Positions 13,801 to 28,800 of a DNA stretch of 64,000 bases are shown here, one piece after another. The position numbers and the translations under genes are program-made. A model generated the notes under the pieces. That model saw only the letters and a list, made by a program, of their open reading frames with translations. It did no database searches and was not told the DNA's origin. The DNA is from Thalia democratica (lineage: Eukaryota): contig OZ241826.1 of assembly GCA_965202585.1 (NCBI GenBank), positions 44,702,001 to 44,766,000 on the forward strand. The letters run 5' to 3'. How positions within the stretch are numbered: the stretch's first letter is position 1; each line of letters opens with the position of its first letter.

Positions 13801-16800
13801 ATAATATTATATAAAATATATAATACTGAAAATGTAGTTTTCTTTATTGCTTTTTATTTGTCAACTCTTAAAAACCTTATAACTTTTATACTACTCGGTT
13901 TTTTTATAAACAAAGCAATAGATTGTTAGTTTTTTGTAGCAAAATCTAAAAATCCGTAAAAATAAAAGCTATTTGTTTTTTACCATTAGTAAGCTTTAAA
14001 ATCGACCTGAGTGTTTCCAACGGTCACGAAAGACGTGCAGTTTTTTTCGTCGCTTCCGTCCAAACACCCCCGCTTTCCGTCGCACCTGTGGTTTCCACGG
14101 AGACACATGCTGTCCGGACACACGTGACCGCAAACCTCCTCGTCGATCAACGTCACTGTGATTTCTAAACGAGGCAGCTCTTTACTGTGATCCCGTAGTG
14201 TTTACGGTAATTTTTGAGCAACGAAACAATACTTAAACGAGTAACTTAGTAAACAACTGTATATAAACAGTTTTCTTATTAAAGTTTAAACTTCACTGAC
14301 TTTTGTGAGTTGAGTAGAAGAGACATTTGACTCTCTTCAAAGACAAAAGTAAACGTTTCTTGGCTTTCTGATAGAGCTTTGATGTTATCTAGTTCAAAAT
14401 AAGTGATTTCAGAAGAAATAGAAGTTTTAAAATTCCCGACTAAGCCATCGTACACAGTCAACTGAATAATGGGTAACATAAGTTATACTATTTATGAAAT
14501 TACTGATTGTTTTTATACTTCAGATAATTTTTTATAAAAACTCAATTCTTACCAATGATGAGCTGGAGTAATTGAACGCTTTTTCTCTGTCAATTCTCAA
14601 CACAACTTTTAAAAGACTTTTTGTTTGAGGATCAGGAGCGCTGCTTCTCAGTCTCCACAAGCAAGCTGAAGACTTCATGGGAGTTTCCAGGCTGCTCATT
14701 ATTGTCGTGGCGGTTTCACTCACCCACACGTCTGCCACGCCGCCACAACCCGAAGCACACCCGATTTCGTCGCTCCTGAAAAACCGTTCAAGTGTAATAA
14801 CGTATGGAATATTTGATTTATGTGGCTGTGAAATCACTTTGTTTTACTTAGTTTTAGGTTTTAAGTGTAGAGATAAATCTTGTTATGCATAAAATCTGTA
14901 GTAGAAAATACTCAATATCTTCTACAGTTTGAACTATATGCAAGAAATTTTTTTCATTTAAATATCAAATTTTAAACAGCTAACCAGTCACCACAGTCGT
15001 TGATGTCATCGCAGAGCTGTTCGGGAACAACGCATTTGTTTGAAAAGGAACATGTGAGTCCGTGACTGCAAACATTTTCTCCGTGTTTCGGACATCTTTT
15101 TGTATCCACCCTTATTTGCGATATTTGAATTCCTGGCTGAAGAATGAAGTCTGCAAAATTCATACTGATATTTTTTGTCGTATTTATAATGTACTTAAAT
15201 GTTCTTTATAAGTAAAAAAAGTCAACTTATTTAAAAGAGAAAGGAAAGCAATCTTTATAAAGTAAATAAGTTTAAAACCTGTTTCACACCAGATGTTTAA
15301 TTACGAACATATGCCAAAATATGTTGTTATTACATTTTTTAAGTAATCGTATATAATTAATGTGTATAACATGCACACTTGTTACCATTTTTTATCTTAA
15401 GTTTATATATTTTTATAGCTGTAGCTTAATTTAGTTTTAACTAAAATAGAAAGACGTTTAGTATAATACATACATTAAACGTAGTAATGTTGTCAATTTG
15501 TTTGTCATTATGTAAATGTTACCTAAAATAAATTCGTTGTAGGCGAGTAGTTGGGCTTCGTTAATTTCCTGAAACATTCTGACCCAAGGCTGAACTTCAG
15601 GTCCCAGTCTGTCTCTTATTGACTTGATTTCAAGGGCAGCATTTGACATGGGCGGTGATGCTCTGCCCCCGTCCAAATGGTCCATATACCGCTGGTCATT
15701 TTTCAACCTGATCAGAACTTCTATTTCAACTGATGTTGTCAGCCGCCTACAATTTTTATCAAAGTTTTTAATTTGCTTTAAGGCTGACACAATTAGGATA
15801 TTGTAGTAGTAGAAAATAACTTTGTTAACTAAAACTTATGTTAATCTTTTAAATATGGCTTTAGTAGTGAAAAATGTTACACAGTTAAACATCATAAATT
15901 TACAAAAAAAAAATGAGCGTTTCTGAATCCAGTAATGTGAAATAAAATATTCTGCTAAAGTTTTATTAGAACTGCACTTGAAAACACTTTTAATAACACG
16001 CCTGTATTCAACCATGACGCAGTAGCTCGGATAGTACAAGTTGACCGGAGGTAGAGAAGTTGCTGATATTTTTATTTGCTGCAAACCGCCCACTACGTTA
16101 CTTATCTGCGAGCAGTTAGAACAAACAGAAATATACGCGCAAGGCTCTGACAAGTTCCTCATAATTTCAGGAACAAAAACGTCATGCCTATCCAAGAGTG
16201 GTGACTCGTGATTTTCGTTGACGTGATGTTTTATCATGTGATCTACAAAACAAACAAGGTGTAAACTTTTAAGCTTAAATAAATTAGATATTTTTAAAAG
16301 CATAACCCGTATAAACTGTAAACAAAAATTTAAGCATAAGTTTTACCATTTATAATATCAAAGTGACAGTTTTTCCTCAAATTGTCTTCAAACGTGCAAA
16401 CTGTGCGGGATTTTCGTTTGACCGATGTAGTGGAAATTGTGATATCATCCACTAATGCGTAACTGCTGATTGCATTGCGCAACTTACCCGAGGCTAGTTT
16501 CAATTCATACCTGAAGAGTAAAGCAGATTTTTTTAGTTTCATGAGTTTGTTTACACTAAGTGTTAAAACTTGATAAATCATTAATAAAATTTAGTTTGCA
16601 GCTCTTATAGCGAAAGTTGTAAAGTTTATAAAGTAAAGTTTAAAGTTGGGACCGTTATAAAACTAAAACCTTATGGTATAAGCTCAGCTATAGCAAAAAA
16701 AATAAAAAGTTAAGCTAAGGTCAAAATTATACTCATATTAAAAAAACAGATTTAGAAGTTTTTTTTTTTTAATTTACTTCAAATCTTATCTTTTAGAGTT

Positions 16801-19800
16801 ACTAACAATCACATATACTATCATTTTTTACTGAACTAAACTGTTAAAGTTACTTTATGTGATTGTTAGGTATGGAAGCTGTTGCATTTCTCCAACCATT
16901 TGAATTTCTGTCTGTTTTCCATATTGTTTGGTCTCCATTCAACTTTACACTCAAATAAGTTCCGTGAGTCACGTAGCTGATAAATTTAAAGATGATTTCC
17001 ACTTTGCATAAAATAAACATTATGTTTTAAACAACTTAAAACTTAGCTCAAACTTTTATCTGAACCATTATAAAAACGGTTAATTTAAAAACGAACTTTG
17101 ATATTCCCACCTTCAATTTTAACCTAACATTTATCAAAAACATTTATCTTAGGTTTAATCTTTAAAAGTGTAAAACAAACCTAAAAGTGAGCAAAAAAGA
17201 TTGAGCTTCACTCGCTTCGTCGACATTGTCCTTACTATTTGTCTTTCGATAAGCCGGTATGATCAAAACTGCCTCAAAGTTTTCATCAGACGGAAGGAAA
17301 GCCATGACTTTATTTTTGTGCGCAATCGAGTCGTTGTTGCTGTTTATTGGATCGATTTGTAGAATTTTGTTTGGGAACACGAGGTCGCAAGAGTAGTATG
17401 ATGGGGAGAAGTACGAGGTTTGAGGGCCAAACTTGCCGTCTTCGACCTTTTCAAACCACAGTCTTCTCAAATACCCGCTGCTGCCTTAAAAGTGTATAGG
17501 AAGTTACAAAACTATACATTGAGGCCAATGAGTAGTAGATTGAAAAAGTTAAAAATGTCCACTTTGTATCGTAAATAGCAAGCAACATTATTATTAAACT
17601 ATTTTTATCGATAGTTATTTTATTTAACTAGCTTTATTATTAACCAAGTTTCTTTCTACTATAGTTTAGAAAAAAACTGAAACTTATTTTTTTAGTCTGA
17701 AATAACTAAATGAAAGACAATTGAAAAATTAGTTCACATGAAATTTCTAAATTAGATGTTCGTTGTTTATTTAATTTCATAAACAATTAATTTTTATTAC
17801 TTTTCTTGATTTTTTTTGAGAATTGTTTATAACACATAATCAAAACAAAATACTTTGATAAACTTCTTTAATTAAATAATAGTTATAAAAGTTAAAACTA
17901 AGAAAAACTTAAGAATAATTTATTATGTTATCCATCGTTCCTGTCAGAAGTAATTTATGTTTAAAACGAGAGTAATACTAATCCTCACATGTAAATTGTT
18001 CGTTCAATTTATAATAGCGATAACTACGCATTTAGTAACTTATCGTAGCTAGCAATCGCCAAAATTTTGAACACGCCAAGATTTAATACTTGACGTGTCG
18101 TCATGTTAAGTCAATTTTTTATAAAGAAAGTCTTGTTTTCCGAACTAGTTTAAGCTCTTACACTTTTGAACAGTGTTGTAATAAAAATTATTATCGTATT
18201 TTTGCCTGTTCTGATTCATCCTTATGTAAAGGCAATTTTCGCAATTAATCAGGTACAAAAACTCATTAATCTTTTTCCACGCACCTAATAACCAAGTATT
18301 TTTATGAATAATAACACTGTTATTTGATTAAATTTATCTTTAAAGATATTTTTAACAAATTCGAAATTAATTATAACTTGTTTACATTCTCGAAATGTAT
18401 ATGAATATAAAAACAATTGTTTGCTTAATGAAACTTTTAAATCATTTGCATAAAAAAATAAAAGACTGATAGTTTTTTTAATTAATAGCATCGTATTAAA
18501 AATAGCAGTTCTCGAATGTTTTTGAAAAATTTATAAAGCTATACATATAAAGCTGTATAAAAAAAAGTTGTTTGTATACAATTAGTTAAGTACTTTTACT
18601 TATCCAGTTACCTTTGCACTTCTGGTAGTTTCCCACGTCGTATGCAAATGAGCTTCCCCCGATGAACTCGCAATGATCTTCCCCGTTACCCGCTCCGTCG
18701 GCTATGTTCTTGAACTTGCTGTTAAGCGAGTCTCCCAAATATATTTTATACCTGAGTTTCAATAGTTTAAAAATTGGTAAGCATAAAATAAGCAAAAAAT
18801 AACCTGTAAAACAAATATATGTAATTATGATTTATACAATTAAATAAATTTCTGCTTTGTATAATAATCCGACTTGAAAAGGCTTTTATAAAAGCTTAAT
18901 GCGAAAATCAAAATTTAAAAGGTAGAACAATCACCTTCCACTTTTTTAGCTAACTAAAGTTTAAAATTAAAACACTCAAAACATGCAATGCAAAAGTAGA
19001 CAAATTATAGAATATACTTAGATATTAATTTCTACTATTATGTGTTTCTTATCACATTTTCTACTTGCCTCGATGCATCGCACAACACGACACCAGCCAG
19101 CCTCGCTTTCCCGCTCTTTTTTATTTCTCTGATCAATTTGGCGCCGTTGCAGTCGCTGCAACTCTCGCTGCTGTCGTCAAACTTGAAATCGTAGAAAAAC
19201 CAGTCGGACCCGAGGCCACCGAACGGATTCTATTAAAAACAAACAACTGTAACAGTATAGATTTATAATAATTGAATAAGTATTCTGTTGTGACCTTTTC
19301 ATTAGCTCGAACTTAAAATAAAGTGCTACTTTAGTTACTCTTTTATTTTTTATTGAAAATAATAATTTGTTTTGTACAGTCGAAACAACCTCTTCAACTA
19401 TGTTCGTCGGACCGCTAAAAAATTCATAGTTCTTAATTATGTCATCGTCTTCGGTATTTGTTGCCGCATCTAACTCTAAGGCTGTTCTCCAATTTTCTAA
19501 AATAAACAACTTAAACTTGAAAACTGAAAACATCAGTTTTCACAATTGAGTTAAAACTTACCTGTTTCGTAACCGCAGGAGTCCAAGTCGTCAAAGTCGC
19601 AACCCGTCGGCACATCGCACAGACCTGTTTTTATCGTGACGTCATCAATGGCGATGTCACCGCGGTGGTCCTCGCCGCGCGTCGCCTCCAAAATTATCTG
19701 CAGGCAACTCGACTCGTTAATTGGTTCGTAGCGGCACGATTCGGGAAATAACCGAAATTGACACGAGCGTGCGAAGAAATCGATTTCGCGCTTTTTATGT

Positions 19801-22800
19801 TTTGCAAGTTACAAGCACCACTTTGTATTTTAAGAGATTCAAGCCTATTTTTTATTTTTAGTTACCTAAGTTTGAATTATATAAAACCTGAAATGAGTAC
19901 ACCGCTAATATAAACTTTTATGGTTCGAAAAAGGCCTATAAAACTTAAGCACCTTAAGTTGTAAATTTTTAGAAGTCAAGCTTAAAATATAGTAAAGTTT
20001 TTTTTATTAAAATAAAAAATTACTTTATACAGTCCATGCTGTTTTATTGAGACACTAGCTTTGTTCCAAAAAAAGCCTTGATTCCCGCGTTTGTACCACA
20101 AAGTTTTAGACTTTCTCTCTAGACCCTCTGTTTTCAGGGACAGTGTACCCATGTTCTTACCAAACATGTGATAGAAGAAACTGAATTTGTTTTATGACGT
20201 ATAAGTGTTAGTGTTTTTTAGAGTACATATATCTACTTAAGTTTAGTTAGTTTTACAGCGTTCAAAATTTTTTATATTTAAACTAAAACTATTTAAAATT
20301 TACAGCTTAAGACAAGTAAATACTTTTTTTTTCTTCCAAACAATTACTAAATACACTTCCATCTCATTAAATTCGAATTAAGTTTTCTGCTGTAGAATAT
20401 AAATGTATAAGTTTACCTTACGCATGTTGGTGTTGTGAACCAAACCGATTCTATTTGCGCTTTTGAGTTCATTTCCCTGTTTGTTGCCTCGGCATATAAG
20501 TAAGATCCTTAAAAGTTTAGTGTTTAATTTTATTACACTTTAATTTTTATACTTATTTTAAACTAAGCAAAATTGTGAAGGATCAAGTATTTAAATTTTA
20601 TCATAGCTTTAACGAAAGTTTTTTATTTTGAAAAAGTACTAAACATGCTTTATTTTGAATTAATTGTGTAAAAACACTATAATTATGTTTGTATTACCAA
20701 TTATGTCATAAACTACGTAAAATATTTTGGTAATATTAACTGATACTATCATAATAAATAGTCGATCGGTGTGTTATTATTAAAAAAAACATGTTTAACT
20801 GTTGTTTATAAATCTTATATGCAGACGTACCGTTTGTAATTTTTAAATAGCAATTTTTCTCATAGTAATTACTTTTTTTTAAGTAGCAATAAAGTATTAT
20901 ATTTAACTTAAAGAAACTTTGCTGATTTATTAAATTAGCGGTAAAAACCAAATAATATTATCTATTTTTAGCGCCCTTAAAACAATATTTATTTTAGTAT
21001 AGTTGTAATAGTTTTAAATGAAATTAATTAACAAAGCTGAGCTCACAAAATACTGTTTCAACAGGTTGTTTTTATTGCTTATACATATTAATACAACACA
21101 CATTTTAGATGGTTTCATTGCGATGAATAATTTTTTAGCTTGAAAAGCTTAAATCAAGATTTTTTTAGTATTTACAATGTGTTGTATTCAAATATAAACC
21201 TGTTAAAATAAAAAAATTATTGAGCTATGATAATTTAAAGTGGTTTATCTTAATCAAAACATGAAATTAAGTTAAAAACAATCTTAAACTTTTTTTTTCT
21301 TGAAACTAGTAAACTCAATCCATAATAGTCAAATTAGTGCAACGACAAATCATCACCATTTGTTTGCTTGTTCGTGTGGTCGATACTTGGCCCTGTGTGA
21401 TTGGATGGCGTGTTTCTGCTTCCAATCATCCAATCAAAGTCGTCCACATCTACTTGCCTCCACAAGCAAAATCCGTCTTCGAAATTGCAAAACTGGCTGT
21501 TTTGAGGGCAACCATCTTCGTCAGAGCTGTTGAAGTTTACTGGTTTGTTGTTTATCTATTGTTTATCATTTCCACTAAAAACGGCCGCTAATTATCAATT
21601 AGTAGATATTGTCTTTTAAAATCATAATTAAATATATCACGATTTTTACTGGCAGTATAAACAGAAAGTAAAATTAAAAAGTAGACGAAAAAGTAAGGAT
21701 AAAATTGTATGAGTATAGCTTTTGTATGAAATGGTATTTAACACTGCTGTCAAACTTTACACTAGCACAACTTTGCACCGACTAAAATAATACCAAATTA
21801 TTTGTAAAAGTTACGAAAGTTTTCTATCAGAAAAACATTTAAGTAAGTTAACAAGTGTTTTGACAAATATAAAACTTTTTTAACCTCATTTGTAGTAAAA
21901 CTTTGCATAATTCATTTTAATAATTCACGTGATGTTTTGTAAAGTATTCTTTTTATAAATACTTAAATCTCATGATTGAAGTCTTTTTTTAATTTTTTTT
22001 TAGATTGAAATTTTTTTGACTAAACTTTGAAAATTTTTTTTATACAAAACGATAATCAAATGTATATCTAACATATGTAATATTTACATAACAAACTAGT
22101 AAAGTAAGTCGACTGATTTTCTTTCAAGTTTATAAGTAGTTACTTGATTAAAAGCATCTGACGGTTAACCACTAAAATTACGCATAACAAAAAAAACAAC
22201 AATAACCTACTTATAACTTAAAACGCTATTTTTATAGTGTATTAAAGTTAACAATATTATAATATTCTAACTAATCAACTAAATAAAACTTACCCGTCTC
22301 TACAATCGAGCCTTCCGTCGCAAATGTTTTCAAGCGGAATGCACTTCGCCGAAGAATCGCATTTGAACTGAAGCAAGGAATGACACTTCTCCCGCTGGTG
22401 ACAATTTTCCTCGTCCAAGCCCCCAGGACAGTCTTCCACGCCATCGCAAAACAACGCTTTGCTCACGCATTTGTAACTAACAATTTTTTTTGGTGTTTGT
22501 TATGATAAATAATTAATAACTAAATTTAAATTAGCATAGGAATGTTTGAAAACCTGTCGGGACAAAAACTTTCCCAGGGTTGGCAAGGCCCGCTGCAGAC
22601 GGTTGTGGAAGAAGCCATTGAAATACAAATGTCGTCACAAGCTTGCGGCAGGGAACACGGTGAAAACGTTTTGTACACAAGATCTTTAATTTGTTTATTT
22701 AAGCTTAATTGTTGAACTAAACATTTGTTAATGAAGTTAATTAGAATTTTTAAGGTTTTGCTCGAAAGTTAAGCTCCGAAGTTTATGAGTTTCTTTTAAA

Positions 22801-25800
22801 CTGAAGCAACTAAGTATTTTAAAAATTAAGGCGGTGTATTGCTTTATCGTGATAACTGACCTTCCAGAGCAACGTCAAACGAGCTTATCGAGGTTATTTC
22901 CGAAATTCCATGCAGCAATTTCTCAGTTTTAGTCTCCGACGCGGTGTCGAAAACAATCAAGCTGTTGTACATGGAGTTCAGCCAAATAAGCTTCTTACCG
23001 ATTGAAGTTATGAAAGTAGGTGACATTTCCGGCTGGTCAATTTCGCTTGACACTATAACTGTTTTATTACTTCCGTCTGACCTTTGAAATTTTAGCTTAA
23101 TAAGTAATTTTTTACGTTTTGGTTAATCTTAAAAAGTAGGAAGCTAAAAGCTTTTTCATAATGTTACAAGCGACTTAAAGCTGACAATATATATAAATAC
23201 CTATATAAAAAGTACGCTCTTTTAGCTTCTACAATAGCGTCATACTAGCTTAATAGTATATTTTTACCACTTTTTTAGGATTTCAATAAGATTAACTAAA
23301 AGAACTTTTTACAAAGTTTAAATTAAGGTAAACAAAAGTGCAATAAATTTATTTTTAACACTTTTTCATTTAATATTTGTTGTTGTACCTCATGGAATGA
23401 ACTTCACTTGTTTGAAAATCAATCCAATAAAGTTTTCTCAACTTGGAACAGAACGTCAGCGCAAAGTACCTTCTGTTTTTATTTTTCAACAAAATTACCC
23501 TGTTTTCTCCGTCAAGATCGCTTCTTTCTATTTTACCATTCATATCGCTCCAGAACAAATACCTAAAATGTTAAACACTGTAAACAATCATAACAACTAA
23601 AGTTTGTTAGGCTTTTCAATGAGAACCAAACAAAATATTTTTACTTGTAATTTACAAAAATAAATTAAATACTTTTCATAAAAGAAGCTAATTATATACT
23701 CAGTTAGTGTTTCTTAGTTTGCAGAGATATTAAAATGATACTTAAAATTTTTCATCTTTAAAACCTTCCAAAAGGATCTACAGCCAACGTAACAACGTTT
23801 TCCATGTCATTTTTAATCAAGTTTTTGTTGATGTACTTAGTTTTGATTTTGCTCGAGCTTTCAGTCAGTATTTTAAGACTCAAAACTCCGACAGTCTTGG
23901 CTTGCACGTCCGACCAGTAGAGGTTGTGGTCGAGACTGTCTATTGCAAGAGCCACTGGACGAAAAAGACCTAAATAAAATTTTCTTCGTGATACTCTTAA
24001 AACTGTTTGCTTAAATTAAAGAGTACAAAAGTTTACTGTGAACAAGTTTCTGTTTCTAAGAAATTTTTAAATGTGCTTTTAATATAGATTAAAATGACAT
24101 ATTTATCATGAGGTAATGAGAAAGTAAAACCACTTCAACACCATCAAAGTAAACGATAGCCACGAAAATTTATGAATTGACAATTATTTAATTGAGCTTG
24201 CGAAACTTACAAGTATATGATTTTTATTTGATAAATTAGTATAAAATTACTTTCAACTTTTTTTCATAACAGTAAATTTCAATGCTGTTTTCTATATTTT
24301 TAAAACTGCATATATATTCAGTAGTTATGTTTTATACCCTACTACTGTTTTTCGGTACTATTGAGATTTTTCTCAGCGTTATAAAGTTAACAAGATAAAA
24401 TTAAATGCTAGTTAGTTAAACGACTTCATTATTTTTCATTTCATTATAAACACTTTTACAGTTTTGAGAATCTCAGATTGTTTACAAACAAAGTGCATCT
24501 TTCGCACCTGACACGAGAAACATCGAAGAAGTTTCGTTTTTTTCGTCCAACGTAGTCGACCTTATGGAAGTCGTCGACCGATCGATCCAGATAATGAAGT
24601 TTTTTGTGCCGTCATTGTGCAAAACGGAGCTCACAACACCGCTCGGCACGTCCACCAGTTTCTGGAAAGTTTTCTTTGAATAAGTGTTTGTTTGCATTTA
24701 CTGTCATGATGCTTATAAGAAAGATGTGCAAAAAAAAAAAACTCAAAACGATTGCTTTTTGTGGTTTTACTTTAAAAAGGTAAAAGGTCACACTCGTTTA
24801 TTATTTGATGAAAATATAAGTAATGGGTTTATGTTGTTTAATTTTTCTAAGTATTTAAATTGTAAAAGCAAACTCCAAACTTTTTAGTAATTTCTGTATC
24901 TATTTTTACTTTAGTATGTCATGTTTATTTTTTTTTCATGTAACAAAAATAAAATTATTTTCAAAAGTATCAAAAGCGACAAATATTAATATTAAAAAAA
25001 ACATTAGAAATTATAAGTACATGAAAAATTATTTATTAGCCTTCTTACAACTCAGCTAATTTTTTACTTGGTTTTTAATCTGTAGCAGCTTTTGTTATGT
25101 AATTAAAAATAGTTTTTTCTAGTTATGTTGAAACAAAGAAAGTAATTTTATAAAAACTAAAAAAAAACAAACATTCAAGCCGCTTTCTTGGTCAAGTTCA
25201 AAAGGCTCAGTGAGGTTTTTATAAACAGTTTGTGTGTTCAAATTGTCAAGTTTATAAGAAAATATACCACCAGACCCAGATATTAACAGTGTTCCTAAAA
25301 CAAAAGCATAGTATAAGTTTCAATTATGTGTTAAGTACTTACAAATTTTTAATTTATGAGAACACCAACAAGATGTTTAGACTTTATACTGGTATTATGA
25401 TTTTTTAAATGTTAGTATATTTTTTTATTTTGATAGAAAATAAAGCTGTCTTATACTTTTAAGTTTGACATTTTAATTCAAAGCTATAAAAGTATTTCTA
25501 TGTTGTTCATAAAAGTCTTGTCAATCTGAAAAATAGGTTTTTAACCACAATGTTCTCACTTTCAAATGCTTTTAAATTGCTTATCATTGGTACAGAACTC
25601 TAAGCTTATTACCTGCGGAATTCCCTTCGCTCTGATTAACTCGAGTTTGCGGCGTCTCCATGCTGATGACGTTGAACGATGACGTGTGCACGAAAACTCG
25701 CATGTTGTGGGTTGCGTCATCAACCCGAAACGTACAGTTGTATTGCGAGGAAGTTTCGTCATCGGCTACGCTTTTTGCCTTCATGCGTTTGGTGATTGGT

Positions 25801-28800
25801 TTCCTTCAGAAAAAAATCATTTGTAAGTAGTATTTTTTGAAGCAATGTTTGTTAACGTTTAAAAAAAAGTAAACACATTTTGTTCTAAAACTAAAATATA
25901 AAAAATATTAAGTTTTAGAACAGTTTTTTGAAATAAATAAACGTTAAGCTTTAAAAACGTAAAAGAAACAGTTCTTAATAGTTTGAATATTTTAGGGAAA
26001 TAGCTGCGGTTTCAAAGTCGCTATGGAAAATTTATCAAATTACATTTCATTTCCGACTTGCTGACACCTGTCACTTAAATAACATATAAAAAACTTTGAT
26101 GTTTTACTCAGACTACTTTTAAACCAAAAAAAATTGAATGTTAAACTAGCTTTATTTATTGAATATATGTATAATAAAATAGATAACTTATAGATGTAAT
26201 TTAACTTTATTAAATGTGCTCTATGTTTTCAACGTACCTTTTTAGGTCATCTTTTAAAACTATGACAAATGAGTCGTATATTCCTGTTTTAGGTGCTTGC
26301 CACTCGACAAGTACAGTCAGTTCGTCAGTTTTAGATGCTTTCAGGTTTCGTACTGAATCTGGAGCTGTTGAATGAGCAACAGTTTAAATATTTAGTTATC
26401 TCATTACTTTTATCGTTTAAAATACTTTATAAAAAATTGCTCAAAAATCTATTTTACATATGTAGTGATTATTATCAGTTCTTTAAGAACAGTGTACAAG
26501 CTGCTTAATTATAACCATGTAATCAACAAAACCACTTAAGCTGAAATATATGTATTCAAACTATTTTTTAAGCTAACCAATAACTAGATTTGTTCTTGAC
26601 TTTTTTGATTTCAGTTGACGAGGTGCTTTAGATTCCACAAAAATCTGATACCGGTAACCTAGTTTCAAATTAGTCAAAAATCCGGATATTTCATGTTTGG
26701 AAGTAGTTGAAGCAGCTATTTGTACTGGTTTACTTTTGGGGTTTGTTGTAATCTTTAATTATTTTAAAACCAATAAGAAACATAAAGCATTACAGAAACT
26801 TTATAAAAGGTTTTAAGGAAAACTAACGTAATATGAAGTTATACTGTTATCTCCCAGCCAATTTACTTGAGCTATCTGAAAATTAAATAAAAATAAAATA
26901 AAATAAGACCAGCTTTTCTACATATTAACTTACATTTTTTCCATCTTTTAATTGGTTTGCTTTAACACTTTTCGGATTAGTAGACTCTGTTTTATACATT
27001 TGTTAAGCAAACAAAATCAAATCAGTTTTCTTTAAAAACAATTTGTAATAATTTCAAAACCTGTATTGATAACAAAACTTGTTGGTTGTAACTTTTTCGT
27101 CCTTGAGTACGGATGAATTGTAATTTTGTAAAACGTCGAAGGCTTTAGATTTCTGAAAATGTGCTGTCGACTTGTCGTTGAAATTGACAGAGAACTCCAA
27201 ATTTTTTCACCAACTGTCGGGTTGATTTCCAGTTTGTAGGTCCACCAAACAGTTGTAGAGTTTGCTACCCAAGGTGGAAACCAGTACAACTTTATGCTCG
27301 ATTGAGTGTTCCAAAACCTTATGAGTCTAAGCCTGGATGACTTTTCAGCTGAAATGTTTATAGCAAAATTTAAAAGCAATGTTTTATTTTTTAGTTTACA
27401 ATGTTTTCTAAAGTAAGAAGCAAAATATTATTACAATAATAATAACAACTGTTTATCAAAACTACTTTCATACTTTGTTTTAAGGTGTTTTGTATGAGCC
27501 CGTTAGATTTTTTTATAGCGTCAACATCCGATAGGAAATGTCTGTTTTGTGATTCTTCGCAAAGTGTCGCGGAAATGACGTTTTTACCTTCAACTTTCAT
27601 TTGCTCCAAGTTTTTGTACATCACTATATTTTGCTAAAAGTGTGTTTGCAAATATACTTAAGTACTTTGAGCTATAATCATTTTTTAAACTATCTTATTA
27701 CCTTGCAACTAAGATTGTTAGTATTTTATGGATATATATTTATATAAAAAAGTTTAGGAATTAGCAACTTACCAAGTACATAATTTTCTACACTATTACA
27801 CATTCACATCATCATTAAAATAATCAATAAATACATGAAAAGTTAATTATTTTAATTTTCGAGAATTAGAAACAAAAACATAAAAATACATATGTAAACT
27901 AAGAAAAATACTTATATGAAGTCAAAATAGATACTAAAATATAGTAATAATTAAAACTATCTTTTATCTGTCAGTTTAATTCATCTCTTTTTTATGGCTT
28001 CTTTTCAAAAGTTCAATAATAGAAAGAAGGGTAAAACGTAATGCTATAAAAATCAATTAAATGCTATCGCTTTTATTTCAAATTGTAACTCTTCTTATTA
28101 ACTGGAATAACTTTAGTCTAAAAATAAGTGAGATAGTATACTAAAAAGAGCAAACATAATAAATTTTCAAATGACATACTTAAAAGTATGAATACTAGCA
28201 ACTAATACCTTTTTGCAATTTGGTTGTTTTAATTTTGAATGACCCAGCAGTTTAAGATCTACTCTTATATTTCAGTTGTAAAAAAGATTAGATGATAAAG
28301 CCTAAGTTATACAATAAATAATAATAATAAGGATACATGAAATCGATTGAGAATAATAAACAGAAGTACAATATAAAAGAGTTATACCATGTATGGCGGA
28401 GACACGAACTTGGTGAGCTGCGATCTCGTTTTCGCCTTCCTCATTGACAATGACATCACTCTGATGTAGGAGTCTTGCAACTGTTTCGACTTGTATAAAT
28501 CTTGAGACTCTCCTCCATTTAAAATAATTAGAACTGAAGGCCTATCATTTTTTAATTAGGATTTGTTTAACAAATATAGTTGATTTTCAACTTTCAGCCT
28601 TTAAAATAAGCTGAATGCAAAGTCTAATAACTATAGATGTACTTTACAAATAAATGTACAATATGATGTATCTTTTTTTTTTACTATACAAATAGATGTA
28701 TATCAATTATGTTTACAAGTCTTTAATTGGAAAATATAAAAAGATACTATACAAAATAAAATAAAAAAATTAAATTTTTACGTTAAACATGGTAATCAAT

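Noticed and set aside
27950-28300. Possible exons between the vWA exons
   Set aside because: Candidate acceptors lead to stops, and 28388 splices in phase to 27633 to finish the vWA fold.
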